Source of the DNA: Bdellovibrio sp.
GTDB taxonomy: Bacteria; Bdellovibrionota; UBA1018
DNA length: 52,846 nt
Direction: 5' to 3'
NCBI GenBank assembly: GCA_016185105.1
Contig: JACPOE010000009.1
Coordinates: 6,448 to 59,293, forward strand
In this document: positions 19,687 through 29,913 of the stretch, in pieces
Position numbering within the stretch: position 1 is the stretch's first letter
Layout of the letters: each line of letters opens with the position of its first letter
Translations under genes and position numbers: made by a program
Notes under the pieces: generated by a model
Databases searched by the model: none
Told to the model about the DNA's origin: nothing
The model's input: the letters and a program-made list of their open reading frames with translations, nothing else

Positions 19687-21006
19687 ATGGGATCGTCGTT
19701 TCATAACGAGCGAACAGGTAAACGTCGTGTAGTAGTGACTGGAATCGGTGCTGTGAGTCCCTTGGGTCTAAATGCGCGCGAGACCTGGAGCCATGCCCTT
19801 GAAGGGCGCTCTGGGATTTCTCGAACAACTGTTTTTGATTTGACCGATTGCCCAGTGACTATCAGCGGAGAAGTCAAAGGCTTTGATGTCACTCGGGCTG
19901 TCGGGCCATTTCACCCTAAACCCGGCTTAACGGTTACCCAAGCCTCGTCTGCAAAAGACGCAAGGCGTGTGGGCCGTTTTGCACATTTAGGGTTTGCTGC
20001 TGCTTTGGAAGCTTATGGGGACTCGGGCCTCGATGCCTATCGTAGTCAGATTTCTCCAGACCGATTGGGCTGCAACATCGGTGCAGGCATGGGTGGTCTT
20101 CCTGAAATTGAAGCCGTTCACGATGACTTTCTAGCGAAGGGCTACCGTAGAGTAACCCCATTTTTTATTCCGCAAGCAATCCCCAATATGACCTCGGGGC
20201 AGGTCAGCATCCTTTTAGATCTTCAAGGACCGAACCTCTGTAACGTCACTGCATGTGCGTCCAGCGCTCATAGCTTAGGCGAAAGCTTTCGTCAGATTCA
20301 ACGTGGCGATGTCGATGTGATGGTTGCGGGCGGCTCTGAGGCTGTCATCTGTAAACTAGGAATTGCAGGCTTCGCAGCAATGCGGGCGTTGTCGACCCGC
20401 AATGATGCCCCTGAGAAAGCATCTCGTCCTTTTGATGTTGGGCGTGATGGCTTCGTCATGGGAGAAGGCGCAGCTGTTTTTATTCTTGAAGAGCTTGAGT
20501 TTGCGAGAAAACGTGGCGCCAGGATTTATGGCGAAATTTTAGGCTATGGCCTTTCGGGCGATGCTTACCACATGACCGCTCCGTCTGGTGAGGGCGGCTA
20601 CAAGGCGATGAGCATGGCCCTCAAGGATTCCGGCCTAAATGCCGAGCAAATTGGCTATGTCAACGCCCACGGCACCTCGACCCCAGTAGGAGACGTTGAG
20701 GAAGCAAAGTCTATCGCTCGTCTTTTTCCAGACGCAAAAAATCACTTAAAAGTGAGTTCGACCAAATCGATGACTGGCCATCTCCTGGGCGCTGCTGGTG
20801 CACTGGAAGCTATGTTTTGCTTGCTCGCAATTCAGAACGGTAAGATTCCACCGACAATCAATCTTGAAAATCTTGATCCCGCTTGTGCCGCTTTAGGCTT
20901 AGATTTTACAGCGAATCATGCCCAGGATAAGAAGTTTGACTTTGCTATGACGAATAGTTTTGGATTCGGCGGCACCAACGCGACGCTAGTGGTTGGCCGA
21001 GTTTAA
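19687..21006 (+). CDS. fabF: beta-ketoacyl-ACP synthase II
   Basis: ACASSAH, HGTSTP, GHLLGAAG. Confidence 0.95.
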   Translation: MGSSFHNERTGKRRVVVTGIGAVSPLGLNARETWSHALEGRSGISRTTVFDLTDCPVTISGEVKGFDVTRAVGPFHPKPGLTVTQASSAKDARRVGRFAHLGFAAALEAYGDSGLDAYRSQISPDRLGCNIGAGMGGLPEIEAVHDDFLAKGYRRVTPFFIPQAIPNMTSGQVSILLDLQGPNLCNVTACASSAHSLGESFRQIQRGDVDVMVAGGSEAVICKLGIAGFAAMRALSTRNDAPEKASRPFDVGRDGFVMGEGAAVFILEELEFARKRGARIYGEILGYGLSGDAYHMTAPSGEGGYKAMSMALKDSGLNAEQIGYVNAHGTSTPVGDVEEAKSIARLFPDAKNHLKVSSTKSMTGHLLGAAGALEAMFCLLAIQNGKIPPTINLENLDPACAALGLDFTANHAQDKKFDFAMTNSFGFGGTNATLVVGRV

Positions 21007-21034
21007 TCAAAAAATTAAAACGAAAGGCTACAGT

Positions 21035-21499
21035 GTGCAGGCAAAAAAGGTCTTAATTGCATCTGACCATGCAGGTCTCCGTCTTAAGAGGGAACTTCAA
21101 ACCCTACTCCCCGAGTGGACCTGGATCGATCTCGGGCCTCTTAACGAAAGCTCCGTTGACTATCCTGATTTTGCTGAAAAACTCACCCGCGGGATTCTCA
21201 AAGGGGACGCTCCTCTAGGAATTTTGATCTGTGGCAGCGGCATCGGAATGAGTATTGCCGCCAACAAAGTTCCTGGAATTCGTGCCGCAGTTTTGGAAAA
21301 TCCGGTAGCGGCCAGGCTTGCCAGGGAACACAATAACTCGAATGTTCTCTGCCTAGGATCCCGATTTCTCGCTCCGGAGTACGCTTCCGAAATTGCGCAG
21401 ATCTGGCTTACAACGCCATTTAGTCAAAACCCGAGACATGCTCAGAGAATCACAAAAATTCATGCGCTTGAACGCAACCCTACCTCAGAGGAGAGCTAA
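21035..21499 (+). CDS. rpiB: ribose-5-phosphate isomerase B
   Basis: ASDHAG and [13 protein letters not shown] motifs. I prefer the GTG at 21035 over the TTG at 20993, which overlaps fabF. Confidence 0.9.
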   Translation: MQAKKVLIASDHAGLRLKRELQTLLPEWTWIDLGPLNESSVDYPDFAEKLTRGILKGDAPLGILICGSGIGMSIAANKVPGIRAAVLENPVAARLAREHNNSNVLCLGSRFLAPEYASEIAQIWLTTPFSQNPRHAQRITKIHALERNPTSEES

Positions 21500-21501
21500 T
21501 C

Positions 21502-22776
21502 ATGTCCCACACCCAGCTTCACACCGAATTCAACAGCTCGCTCAAAACCAGAGACTCAGCCATTTTTGACTCAATTCAAAGAGAGCATCGACGCCAGGAA
21601 CAAGGGCTGGAGCTAATTGCCTCCGAGAACTATGTCAGTCGCGCGGTGCTTGAAGCCCAAGGATCGGTTCTGACAAATAAGTATGCCGAAGGTTATCCTA
21701 GCAAGCGCTATTATGGCGGCTGCGAGTTTGTAGATCAGGTAGAGGCCCTGGCTATAGAGAGAGTCTGCAAACTTTTTGGTGCACAGGCTGCTAATGTCCA
21801 GGCCCATTCAGGCTCCCAGGCCAATATGGCCGCCTACCTAGCCTTGATGGCTCCGGGCGAAAAACTTATGGGAATGAGCTTGTCCCATGGGGGACACTTG
21901 ACCCACGGTAGCCCCGCTAATTTTAGCGGAAAAATGTTCCAGGTAGCTTCGTACGGCCTGCACCCTGAAACCCATCGACTGGATTACGACTCTATCCGCG
22001 ATCAAGTTAAAAAGGAAAAGCCCAAGGTCTTGGTTGCAGGAGCTAGCGCTTATCCCAGAATCATTGATTTTGAAGTCATGGGCCAAATTGCTCGAGAGGA
22101 AAATATTCATTTCGTCGTAGACATGGCCCATATCGCAGGACTGGTGGCAGCGGGTTTACACCCCTCCCCTATTGCCCATGCGACCTTCACAACCTCAACT
22201 ACCCACAAGACCTTGAGGGGGCCGAGGGGTGGATTGATCCTTTGTACACAAGATCGATTGAAACTGATCAATTCCCAGATTTTCCCAGGCATTCAGGGCG
22301 GTCCCTTAATGCACGTCATCGCTGCTAAGGCAGTGGCCTTTGGGGAAGCACTCACTCCGGCTTTTGTCGAATATCAGAAAAATATCCTGAAAAACTGTAA
22401 GGCTTTGGCTGAAGAGCTCATGAATCAAGGATTTAAGTTGGTGACCGATGGAACCGATAATCACCTTGTTTTAGTGGACTTAGCCTCAACCGGCGATGGT
22501 AGCATTACCGGCAAGGAAGCCGAAGCATGGCTGGATCAAGCCGGAATTACAGTCAATAAGAACACAGTCCCTAACGAGAAGAGAAGCCCCTTTATTACCA
22601 GTGGCATTCGAATTGGGGTACCGGCCGTGACTACACGAGGTATGGGCCCAAGCGAAATGAAGCAAATTGCCAAGTGGATTTACCAAGGCATCCAGACCCG
22701 CGGAGACACGCAGAAGCTGGGACAGATCCATTCGGCTGTTCAAGAGCTTTGTGGAAAATTCCCACTTTACCTCTAA
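21502..22776 (+). CDS. glyA: serine hydroxymethyltransferase
   Basis: [16 protein letters not shown]-lysine motif, 424 aa. Confidence 0.97.
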   Translation: MSHTQLHTEFNSSLKTRDSAIFDSIQREHRRQEQGLELIASENYVSRAVLEAQGSVLTNKYAEGYPSKRYYGGCEFVDQVEALAIERVCKLFGAQAANVQAHSGSQANMAAYLALMAPGEKLMGMSLSHGGHLTHGSPANFSGKMFQVASYGLHPETHRLDYDSIRDQVKKEKPKVLVAGASAYPRIIDFEVMGQIAREENIHFVVDMAHIAGLVAAGLHPSPIAHATFTTSTTHKTLRGPRGGLILCTQDRLKLINSQIFPGIQGGPLMHVIAAKAVAFGEALTPAFVEYQKNILKNCKALAEELMNQGFKLVTDGTDNHLVLVDLASTGDGSITGKEAEAWLDQAGITVNKNTVPNEKRSPFITSGIRIGVPAVTTRGMGPSEMKQIAKWIYQGIQTRGDTQKLGQIHSAVQELCGKFPLYL

Positions 22777-22815
22777 CTGAGGCTTAGGATCGTTCAGGAC
22801 TGCCGGTCTGGGCGC

Positions 22816-22847
22816 CCCTCAGCTGTGAGGGTTTTCCTTTATTTTTT
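22816..22847 (+). terminator. candidate rho-independent terminator after glyA
   Basis: CCCTCA-GCTG-TGAGGG 6-bp stem followed by TTTTCCTTTATTTTTT. Confidence 0.4.
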
Positions 22848-22909
22848 AGCCCGTACAAGGCATGATACGCCAAATAATATTACCTATAGAGTGATGAATT
22901 AAGGTCCCT

Positions 22910-23470
22910 ATGAAATGTCCGGTCTGTGCAACGCTCGATACGAAAGTGATTGATTCGCGCATGAATCAAACGGGCGACCTCACCCGACGCCGTAGGGAGT
23001 GTCCAAAGTGCGAAGCCAGATTTACCACTTACGAGCGTGTCGAAGAAGTAATGCCAGTGGTAATTAAAAAAGATGGTCGTCGTGAGCCGTTTTCCAGAGA
23101 AAAAATTTTAGACGGCCTTAAGAAGGCCTGTCAAAAGCGATCTGTTGCAACCCAGAAATTGGACGAGACTCTATCTAGAATTGAGAGAAAAATTCAGAGT
23201 CTTGGCCTTAAGGAAATTCCATCGAAAACGGTAGGACATAAAGTGATGGTGGAACTCCACGAACTGGATAAAGTGGCATATATCCGTTTTGCATCTGTCT
23301 ACCGAGAATTCAGAGATGTGGAGGAGTTCGTTGCCGAGCTTCATGCTCCTGCACCCCATCCTGAAATTCCAGGAGTCGGATCAGGAAATCTTCAAACCAG
23401 TCCGTCCCAGGCCCAAAACGCCCTGGGAACCTCACCGGACGCTACGAGTAGTCGAAATTTCAGGGAGTAA
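22910..23470 (+). CDS. nrdR: transcriptional repressor NrdR
   Basis: MKCPVCATLDTKVIDSR ... RRRECPKCEARFTTYE zinc ribbon plus an ATP-cone region. Confidence 0.93.
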   Translation: MKCPVCATLDTKVIDSRMNQTGDLTRRRRECPKCEARFTTYERVEEVMPVVIKKDGRREPFSREKILDGLKKACQKRSVATQKLDETLSRIERKIQSLGLKEIPSKTVGHKVMVELHELDKVAYIRFASVYREFRDVEEFVAELHAPAPHPEIPGVGSGNLQTSPSQAQNALGTSPDATSSRNFRE

Positions 23471-23474
23471 AAGA

Positions 23475-23921
23475 ATGAATTCGCGGCATAGAGCGAGAGA
23501 AATCGCGCTTCAAATTCTATATCAATATGATCTCAATGCATTGGCTTCTGGGAAAGTTCCACCGACTGACCTCGCACTTGTAGCTGATTTGCGACATCAT
23601 TTTGACCATTTTTCCGTACCAGAGTCGTTGAGAGAGTTTGCAGCAGAGCTTGTTGCCGGCACTTTGGCCAACCTGGCCAAACTTGATTCTGAGCTAGAGA
23701 AGCATGCTTCAAACTGGAAGGTTGCACGGATGAGCTCAGTGGACCGAAGCCTTCTCCGTATGGCTACTTTTGAAATGACCCGGATGGGCAGTGTTCCGGA
23801 AACGGTCGTCATCGATGAGGCCATCGAACTAGCAAAGGCATTCGGGACAGAAGACACACCCTCATTTGTTAATGGAGTGCTAGACGCAATTAAAGTTGCT
23901 AATCTGAAAACAGAGGCATGA
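23475..23921 (+). CDS. nusB: transcription antitermination factor NusB
   Basis: MNSRHRAREIALQILYQ N-terminus. The ATG at 23475 lies 4 nt after the nrdR stop. Confidence 0.9.
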   Translation: MNSRHRAREIALQILYQYDLNALASGKVPPTDLALVADLRHHFDHFSVPESLREFAAELVAGTLANLAKLDSELEKHASNWKVARMSSVDRSLLRMATFEMTRMGSVPETVVIDEAIELAKAFGTEDTPSFVNGVLDAIKVANLKTEA

Positions 23922-24001
23922 TTTGCCTAGGAAAGATGTGCAGCTCCTGTGTAGGCTTAGTGCTTGCACCGGTTGAAGCCTTCCAGTTAAACTAAAATGG
24001 A

Positions 24002-24442
24002 ATGACTGAACACCATTTCACCGTGGGCGAAACACCTGTCGATCAAACTCTTTTTGGGGGGCAAATCAAGACTCTTGTCCTCACTTTTTATCAAAATGAG
24101 CGGCCTCCTTGTGGGCTTCTCGGCTTGATGGATTGGCACTTTCATGGAGAAGTCTCCAAATCTGTTCGATCTGGCGCGATCACTGGACAGCTTGGAGAAT
24201 GCAGTTACCTTCCCCTTAGGCGCAAAAACTCCGTTTACCACCTTCTTCTTGTAGGGGCAGGCCCCGCATCCAGCCCTGGCGAGAGAATCATCCTGCCGAC
24301 TGACGCGCTTGATAGCATGCGGAAAAACTTGTCCTCCCTTAAGTTTGAAAAAGTAGGAATCTCTCGATCCGACTTTGGTAACCCAACGGCAGAAGTTTTA
24401 GCCAAACACTTGAAAGGAATCCCTCTTTGGATAGGTCCTTAA
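24002..24442 (+). CDS. hypothetical protein
   Basis: 146-aa ORF, first of four co-directional ORFs with overlaps or short gaps. Confidence 0.55.
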   Translation: MTEHHFTVGETPVDQTLFGGQIKTLVLTFYQNERPPCGLLGLMDWHFHGEVSKSVRSGAITGQLGECSYLPLRRKNSVYHLLLVGAGPASSPGERIILPTDALDSMRKNLSSLKFEKVGISRSDFGNPTAEVLAKHLKGIPLWIGP

Positions 24443-24855
24443 GCGATTCCAAACTAGACTGGACTGGGCTTCTATCCCTTTCCAATGCGTACGAAAGAAA
24501 CGCGGGATTTCCCCGGAGCGAGTTCAAAAGATCTTTTGAGCTCTGGCGACTCTTGGCGGAAATTACTAAGAAGAATGCACCGAGAAATTCTGCTCCATCC
24601 ACTTTCCCTCTCTCAAATGATTTTCAAAAACACCCAGCCCAGGGCTCCATAGCCAAGCCCGAGCCCAAGAAAGCAAGCTCGCTTCAGCAAAGTCTTGCCA
24701 ACCGGGTTCAAAAAGAGCGGGAGATGCTAAAAGCGCTAGTTCAAGCCCGGACCTCTGGTTCGGCTGCAGCACTTTTTAGAAGAGACCCAGGAAAAACCAC
24801 TTCAATCATTAAGAACAAATCAACGCCAAAGGACTCTGAAGGGTGCTCCACCTAA
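24427..24855 (+). CDS. hypothetical protein (weak; disordered-looking, TTG start)
   Basis: The ORF overlaps its neighbours by 16 and 13 nt. It has no ATG near the 5' end and its composition is low-complexity. Confidence 0.3.
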   Translation: MDRSLSDSKLDWTGLLSLSNAYERNAGFPRSEFKRSFELWRLLAEITKKNAPRNSAPSTFPLSNDFQKHPAQGSIAKPEPKKASSLQQSLANRVQKEREMLKALVQARTSGSAAALFRRDPGKTTSIIKNKSTPKDSEGCST

Positions 24856-25547
24856 GACATCCTTTCTCAGAAAGTCTTCTGAACAACCAAAAGAATCGGT
24901 GGAAACCGTGTCAAGGACTCGAGGAGGAAAGGCTCCTTCACTTTCATTTGCTCCGCGAACTCAGTTTTCAGCTTCACGCAGAAGAATCCCGATTACTTGC
25001 TATTGGAAAAAAGACCGAAGCATTTCAAATTCTAGAAGATGAAAATGCGATTTTAGCGACACTTAGCCCTGAAACTAAAAAAGGTGCGAATAAAGGCGTA
25101 ACTAAGAACGAACATCCCCTCTTTCCAAAGGCCTTTCTAAAGAAGTTTCCACCCGATCTTTGGAGTAGAAAAGATCGTGCCTGGGAACAAGCCATGGCGG
25201 CAGAAGCTTTAAAGCTGGGCTGGAAATTTTGGGTCCTCAGTTGCACGATTCAAATCTACGAATTGGAAAACTGGCATCGGGAATTTCAGCAACTTCTTTG
25301 GCCCAAAGGAATTTCCCTCTGGGTAGATAGCGCAAATCCCATACCTGTAGCGACCTCCCCATCACCAAAAAAAGAAAGAAAACCTTCAGAAATTGTCTGG
25401 CGGGGCGCGTGGACTTTGATTCTGCACCCTGATTGGCAGACTCCCAAAACACTCGACTCTCAGTTAGCAAGCCTCCCAGGGGCTACGAAAGACCTGAACC
25501 CCGTGTGGGAATTAAAATATTCAAAGACAACTTCTCGAACGAGGTGA
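24843..25547 (+). CDS. hypothetical protein
   Basis: 234-aa ORF with a GTG start. No motif recognised. Confidence 0.45.
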   Translation: MLHLRHPFSESLLNNQKNRWKPCQGLEEERLLHFHLLRELSFQLHAEESRLLAIGKKTEAFQILEDENAILATLSPETKKGANKGVTKNEHPLFPKAFLKKFPPDLWSRKDRAWEQAMAAEALKLGWKFWVLSCTIQIYELENWHREFQQLLWPKGISLWVDSANPIPVATSPSPKKERKPSEIVWRGAWTLILHPDWQTPKTLDSQLASLPGATKDLNPVWELKYSKTTSRTR

Positions 25548-25559
25548 TACATAGCCCCC

Positions 25560-26129
25560 ATGACGCGGTCCAACCCGAAAAACCCGGTGCGTTTCGTCGA
25601 TCTGCTGATCTTTCTTCTTCAAACTCAGGGGGAAACCTTAAAGAGACTAGCCGCTTTTTTTGGAGAAGAAGAGTTTATTGAAATATTAGAGTCCCAGGAA
25701 ACCAGTCCAGTGAAAGCGGCCCACGCTGACCCAGCCTCCAAATTTGAACCGGACCTGGAATGGTTTCAAGAGATCGAAGGTATGCCTGGCTCTCCGTACT
25801 TGGAGCTAGAAGACGCTGTTCGCGAGCTGGGACTTCCCGCTCCTCTTGAGTTTCATTTATGGGCTTATGGTTTTTATCGATCTTTAATCGAAAGCGGCGT
25901 CGAGCTCAAATCTGTGATTCTGCCGAGCGTATCCAATGAAGACGGCACAATAGACCCCTTGGATGTCTTAATTGCAGAATCTATTAAGCAAGCCAAAGCC
26001 TGGATCACAGGACTTCCAATCCCCTCGACAGTATACCTACAAGCCGAGAGTGCTGCATTAACGCCTTGGGTTCGGTTCCGGGCTCGGGTACTATCGAGAG
26101 CAGGCCGAAAGGTTCTTTCTGCTATCTAA
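25560..26129 (+). CDS. hypothetical protein
   Basis: 189-aa ORF with an ATG start, in the same frame as the preceding ORF (one TGA between them). Confidence 0.55.
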   Translation: MTRSNPKNPVRFVDLLIFLLQTQGETLKRLAAFFGEEEFIEILESQETSPVKAAHADPASKFEPDLEWFQEIEGMPGSPYLELEDAVRELGLPAPLEFHLWAYGFYRSLIESGVELKSVILPSVSNEDGTIDPLDVLIAESIKQAKAWITGLPIPSTVYLQAESAALTPWVRFRARVLSRAGRKVLSAI

Positions 26130-26150
26130 AGAAGGGCTCGGGGGGCAACG

Positions 26151-27251
26151 GTGGAATCTGATATTAATCGAAGGCTCGCTCAAGGGTTTACTCTGCCAGC
26201 AAACTGGTACACCGATCCATTTTTTTTTAAATTAGAGCAAGATAGAATTTTTAGAAAGACCTGGAACTACGCCGGAAGGCTAGATCAAGTCCAAAGGCCC
26301 GGGGATTATTTCACAGCGAAAATAGGCTCCACGCCGATTGTTATTCTTCGTGATGAAACCGAGAAACTACGGGGTTATGTCAACGTCTGTAGACACCGGG
26401 GAGCCGAAATTCTTCCAGGTCGGTGTTCTGGGAATCGTAAGACCCTCCAGTGCCACTACCATGCTTGGACCTGGGACCTAGACGGTCAGTTGAAATCAGC
26501 CCCTCGTTCAAATCAGGAGACCAGTTTTCAAAAGGATCACTTTCCTCTTATTGAAATTCGCGTGGAAACCCTGGGACCTCTGATTTTTGCCTGTTTGGAT
26601 GCGAACGCCCCGAATTGGAAAGAAACGCTCGGTACCCTGCCTCGGGATCTGATTGAAAACCAAACACCTCTCCAGGGGTTGAGACTCCGCGGAACTTCCT
26701 CGTTCGAAGTCGAAGCAAATTGGAAGATCATCGTTGAGAACTACCTCGAGTGTTATCACTGTCCTATTGCCCACAAAAGTTTTTCAAAAGTGATCGACCT
26801 TACGGAGTATGGAATTACCTTCCAAAAATGGGGCTCGATTCAACAAGGTGCCGCGCATCCATCAACATCTTTTCCCTCAAATCAATCCAAGAATGGGCTG
26901 TATGCTTACGTATGGCCCGCTTTTATGTTGAACACCTACCCTGGTCCAGCCCTCCTATCCATGAACATGGTCTTTCCAATCCATGAAAGACGCACGCTGC
27001 TCCTTTTCGAACTCTTTATGGATGACGAGATCTCTGAAAAGGAAGCCCAAGAGAAAATCACCTTTATCAATGAAGTCCAAGCCGAAGACACCGTCCTATG
27101 TGAGTCGGTCCAAAGAGGAATGGACGCAGACCCTGCCTTTCAAGGACGCCTGATTCTGAATCAGGAAAAAGGAATTCAGCACTTTCAAAACTTGATTTAT
27201 GAAGCACTCAGCAAAAAAGACCGCTTAGACAGTAAAACTCTTCCGGCCTAA
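26151..27251 (+). CDS. Rieske [2Fe-2S] non-haem-iron oxygenase, CntA/YeaW-like oxygenase subunit
   Basis: Rieske CRHRG ... CHYHAWTW. The mononuclear-iron segment ANWKIIVENYLECYHCPIAH closely resembles my memory of E. coli YeaW (ANWKNIVDNYLECYHCGPAH). Its 366 aa fits CntA/YeaW size. Confidence 0.85.
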   Translation: MESDINRRLAQGFTLPANWYTDPFFFKLEQDRIFRKTWNYAGRLDQVQRPGDYFTAKIGSTPIVILRDETEKLRGYVNVCRHRGAEILPGRCSGNRKTLQCHYHAWTWDLDGQLKSAPRSNQETSFQKDHFPLIEIRVETLGPLIFACLDANAPNWKETLGTLPRDLIENQTPLQGLRLRGTSSFEVEANWKIIVENYLECYHCPIAHKSFSKVIDLTEYGITFQKWGSIQQGAAHPSTSFPSNQSKNGLYAYVWPAFMLNTYPGPALLSMNMVFPIHERRTLLLFELFMDDEISEKEAQEKITFINEVQAEDTVLCESVQRGMDADPAFQGRLILNQEKGIQHFQNLIYEALSKKDRLDSKTLPA

Positions 27252-28090
27252 ATCTCCGCAGTGAATCGACTGACTCGCTCACAGCTCGGATTGCTTACAA
27301 GTTCAGCTGCTGTACCGATTTGCAAAATTTCGCCCCCGTCCATGATCGCAATTCGGCTACCGATTCTAAGGGCCTCTTTTAGATCATGGCTCACAAAGAC
27401 AATCGTTTTTTTAAGCTGTCTTTGAAGAGAAAGGACCTCATCTTGAAGGTGCTTTTTATGCAAAGGATCCAGTGCTGAAAATGGCTCATCCATTAAGAGT
27501 ACGGGTGCCTGGGTTACAAAAGCACGTGCAAGTCCTACTCTTTGTTGCATTCCCCCTGAGAGCTCTTCGGGAAGGCGATCTTTCCATTCGGACAAACCCA
27601 CAAGTTTGAGTTTCTCAAGTACTCTCTCAGACCTTTCTTCTTTCGGGGTCTTCTGAATTTCTAGAGGGTAGGCCACATTCTCGAAAACAGTGCGCCAGGG
27701 CATCAGTCCAAAAGCCTGAAAAACCATCGAGATTTCATACCGCCTCATTTGACGAAGACGTTCTGAACTGCAAGTCATGACATCCCAAGTTTCAGAAGTT
27801 TTAGGATTGGTGTACTTGATTTTTCCACGCAAGGTTCCAACGCCTCTTCCATTCATGCCATTTAAACATCTCAGCAGAGACGACTTGCCGGACCCAGACA
27901 GCCCCATCAACACTAGAATCTCACCCTGCTTAACGTCCAATGAGACTCTTCGCACACCGACGACCATTCCACTCTTTTTCTGAATGTAGTCACGGTCCTT
28001 TCCCTGATCAAGCTCTTGAAAAGCCTTGCCAGGTCTAGTGCCAAATACGAGGTCCACGCCTGAGACTTCGATGCAGGTCGGATCATTCAT
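27248..28090 (-). CDS. quaternary-amine (choline/glycine betaine) ABC transporter ATP-binding protein, no CBS tail
   Basis: Walker A GLSGSGKSS, LSGGMQQRVGLARA, LLMDEPFSALD. At 280 aa it lacks the C-terminal CBS pair of ProV/OpuAA. Confidence 0.88.
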   Translation of the reverse strand: MNDPTCIEVSGVDLVFGTRPGKAFQELDQGKDRDYIQKKSGMVVGVRRVSLDVKQGEILVLMGLSGSGKSSLLRCLNGMNGRGVGTLRGKIKYTNPKTSETWDVMTCSSERLRQMRRYEISMVFQAFGLMPWRTVFENVAYPLEIQKTPKEERSERVLEKLKLVGLSEWKDRLPEELSGGMQQRVGLARAFVTQAPVLLMDEPFSALDPLHKKHLQDEVLSLQRQLKKTIVFVSHDLKEALRIGSRIAIMDGGEILQIGTAAELVSNPSCERVSRFTAEI

Positions 28091-28959
28091 CCAATATTTT
28101 CCTTGGCCAAAGCAGGATTGAGTTTAACTGGTGTCTTCCTTCGAGGTCGTATCATCAAAACTCGATCTAGAATAATCGCAACAATCACAATAACGATCCC
28201 GGCTTCAAACCCTTTTGCGATATTGACAGTATTCAGAGCTTGAATCACAGGCTTCCCCAACCCATCCGCTCCCACCAGCGCAGCAATGACCACCATTGAA
28301 AGCGACAACATAACACACTGAGAAATTCCGGCTCGGATCGTAGGCAGAGCATGGGGCAGCTCAATCTGAAAGAGTCTCTGCCATGAAGTAGCTCCAAAAG
28401 CTTCACCCACCTCGAGAAGAGAATGGGGAACGCCACTGATGCCAAGATAGGTCATGCGAATCGGAGCAGGCATTGCAAAGATTACTGTAGAAATCACGCC
28501 TGGAGCCATACCTAGACCAAAAAGCATAAGCGTCGGAATCAGGTAAACAAAGGTTGGGATCGTCTGCATCAGATCCAAAACAGGCTGCAGAATTCGATAA
28601 ACTTTAGGATGATGAGCAGCGACAATCCCGACTGGAATCCCGATACCGGCAGAAATGAGCGTAGCAAAGACAACCAGAGAAACTGTTTCTAGAGTCTCGT
28701 GCCAATAGCCGAGATTCAAGATCAGCAGGAGACCTAGCAGAGTTAGAAGAGCATTCATCCAATTTCTTGAAAGAACGAAAAGAATAAGGACAAAGCCTAC
28801 CATCAAAGATAAAGGATTGAACCAAGCCAGACCACTCACAGCTTTTTCCAAACACAGACTCAAAGAATCCGAGAAAACACGAAATTGATTGTCAAAATGA
28901 GTCGTCAATTGACCGATGAGAACTTGAATCCACTCCCCTAAAGGAATTTTTGTCCCCAT
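28087..28959 (-). CDS. quaternary-amine ABC transporter permease
   Basis: Multi-TM ORF with an EAA-like loop EVGEAFGATSWQRLFQIELPHALP. ATGA overlap with the ATPase gene. Confidence 0.88.
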   Translation of the reverse strand: MGTKIPLGEWIQVLIGQLTTHFDNQFRVFSDSLSLCLEKAVSGLAWFNPLSLMVGFVLILFVLSRNWMNALLTLLGLLLILNLGYWHETLETVSLVVFATLISAGIGIPVGIVAAHHPKVYRILQPVLDLMQTIPTFVYLIPTLMLFGLGMAPGVISTVIFAMPAPIRMTYLGISGVPHSLLEVGEAFGATSWQRLFQIELPHALPTIRAGISQCVMLSLSMVVIAALVGADGLGKPVIQALNTVNIAKGFEAGIVIVIVAIILDRVLMIRPRRKTPVKLNPALAKENIG

Positions 28960-29913
28960 CTAGATGGCCCTTTTCACAGCCACAACGGCTGACTCACCAT
29001 TAAGGGCTTTTAGATCCCTCAGCCAAGGCTCAACATGATTCCAGTTGCCCTGAATCCACTTTTTAGCGGCTGCCTTAGGGTCCATTTTCTGATCTAAGAT
29101 CATCCCCATCAGGACATTTTCAGACTCAACAGACATCGTGTATTTTTTAAGAAAGGCCGCGACCTGAGGGCACTCAGCAGAATAATTCTTCCTAGAGTTG
29201 ATATAAACAGTACTATTCCCTTTATTTGGACCGAAATAAGCGTCTCCACCCTCTAGATAGACCATTTCGAGCTTTTGATTCATTGGATGAGGTTCCCAAC
29301 CTAAAAACGCAATCCACTGCTTCCTTTTGGCTGCCTGCAGAACCTGCATCAACATGGCTTGCTCGCTGGACTCGATTAGTTTCCAGCTCGACAAACCAAA
29401 GGCACCGTCCGAAATCATTTTTTGAATGTGACGATTTCCATCATTTCCCGGCTCGATCCCGTAGATTTTACGTTGAAAACGGTCCGAGTTTCTATTCAGG
29501 TCGGCTACAGAATGAACCCCTGCTTCGTACACGTATTTGGGCACGGCTACCGTGTACTTTGCCCCTTTGAGTAGAGTACTTACCGTTTCCACCGATCCAT
29601 CCTTCTGGTAGGGAGCGATGTCAGCCGCCATCGAAGGCATCCAGTTCCCCAGAAAAATATCTAGATCTTTATTTTTTAAACTAACAAAGGTGACTGGAAC
29701 GGATAGCTGAGTCGTTTTGGTCTCGTACCCCATTGCATCTAAGATCACTGAGGCCAGAGCCGTGGTAGCAGAAATATCTGTCCAGCCAACGTCTGAAAAT
29801 CGAATTTTTTTACATTGAGCTGGATTGGCAAAAGCATTTTGAACAATAAAAAAAGCAACCAGAATGGCGAAAAGCTCTTGGACGAGGCGGGCATTTCGAG
29901 CAAGGAAGAGCAT
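28960..29913 (-). CDS. choline/betaine-type substrate-binding protein
   Basis: FSDVGWTDISATTA, FLGNWMP, IYGIEPGNDGN and FLGWEPHPMN resemble the choline-binding ChoX/OpuAC family. The ATG at 29913 is preceded by AGAAGGGAA. Confidence 0.85.
   Translation of the reverse strand: MLFLARNARLVQELFAILVAFFIVQNAFANPAQCKKIRFSDVGWTDISATTALASVILDAMGYETKTTQLSVPVTFVSLKNKDLDIFLGNWMPSMAADIAPYQKDGSVETVSTLLKGAKYTVAVPKYVYEAGVHSVADLNRNSDRFQRKIYGIEPGNDGNRHIQKMISDGAFGLSSWKLIESSEQAMLMQVLQAAKRKQWIAFLGWEPHPMNQKLEMVYLEGGDAYFGPNKGNSTVYINSRKNYSAECPQVAAFLKKYTMSVESENVLMGMILDQKMDPKAAAKKWIQGNWNHVEPWLRDLKALNGESAVVAVKRAI

Noticed and set aside
23289-23474. A 62-codon N-terminal extension of the nusB ORF in the six-frame track, overlapping nrdR.
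   Set aside because: The extension overlaps the well-supported nrdR frame. The canonical NusB N-terminus (MNSRHRAREIALQILYQ) begins at the ATG at 23475, 4 nt after the nrdR stop.
24002-24442. Resemblance of the 146-aa product to the macro-like N-terminal domain of M17 aminopeptidases (LLLVGAGP), and hence a possible ADP-ribose link to the ART genes.
   Set aside because: It rests on one short motif. No macro-domain signature residues are visible, so the idea is too speculative.
25545-25547. An in-frame TGA between the 24843 and 25560 ORFs, as a possible selenocysteine or programmed readthrough site.
   Set aside because: I could find no SECIS-like hairpin immediately downstream, and an ATG follows 12 nt later. 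I leave it as a note within the operon finding rather than a claim.
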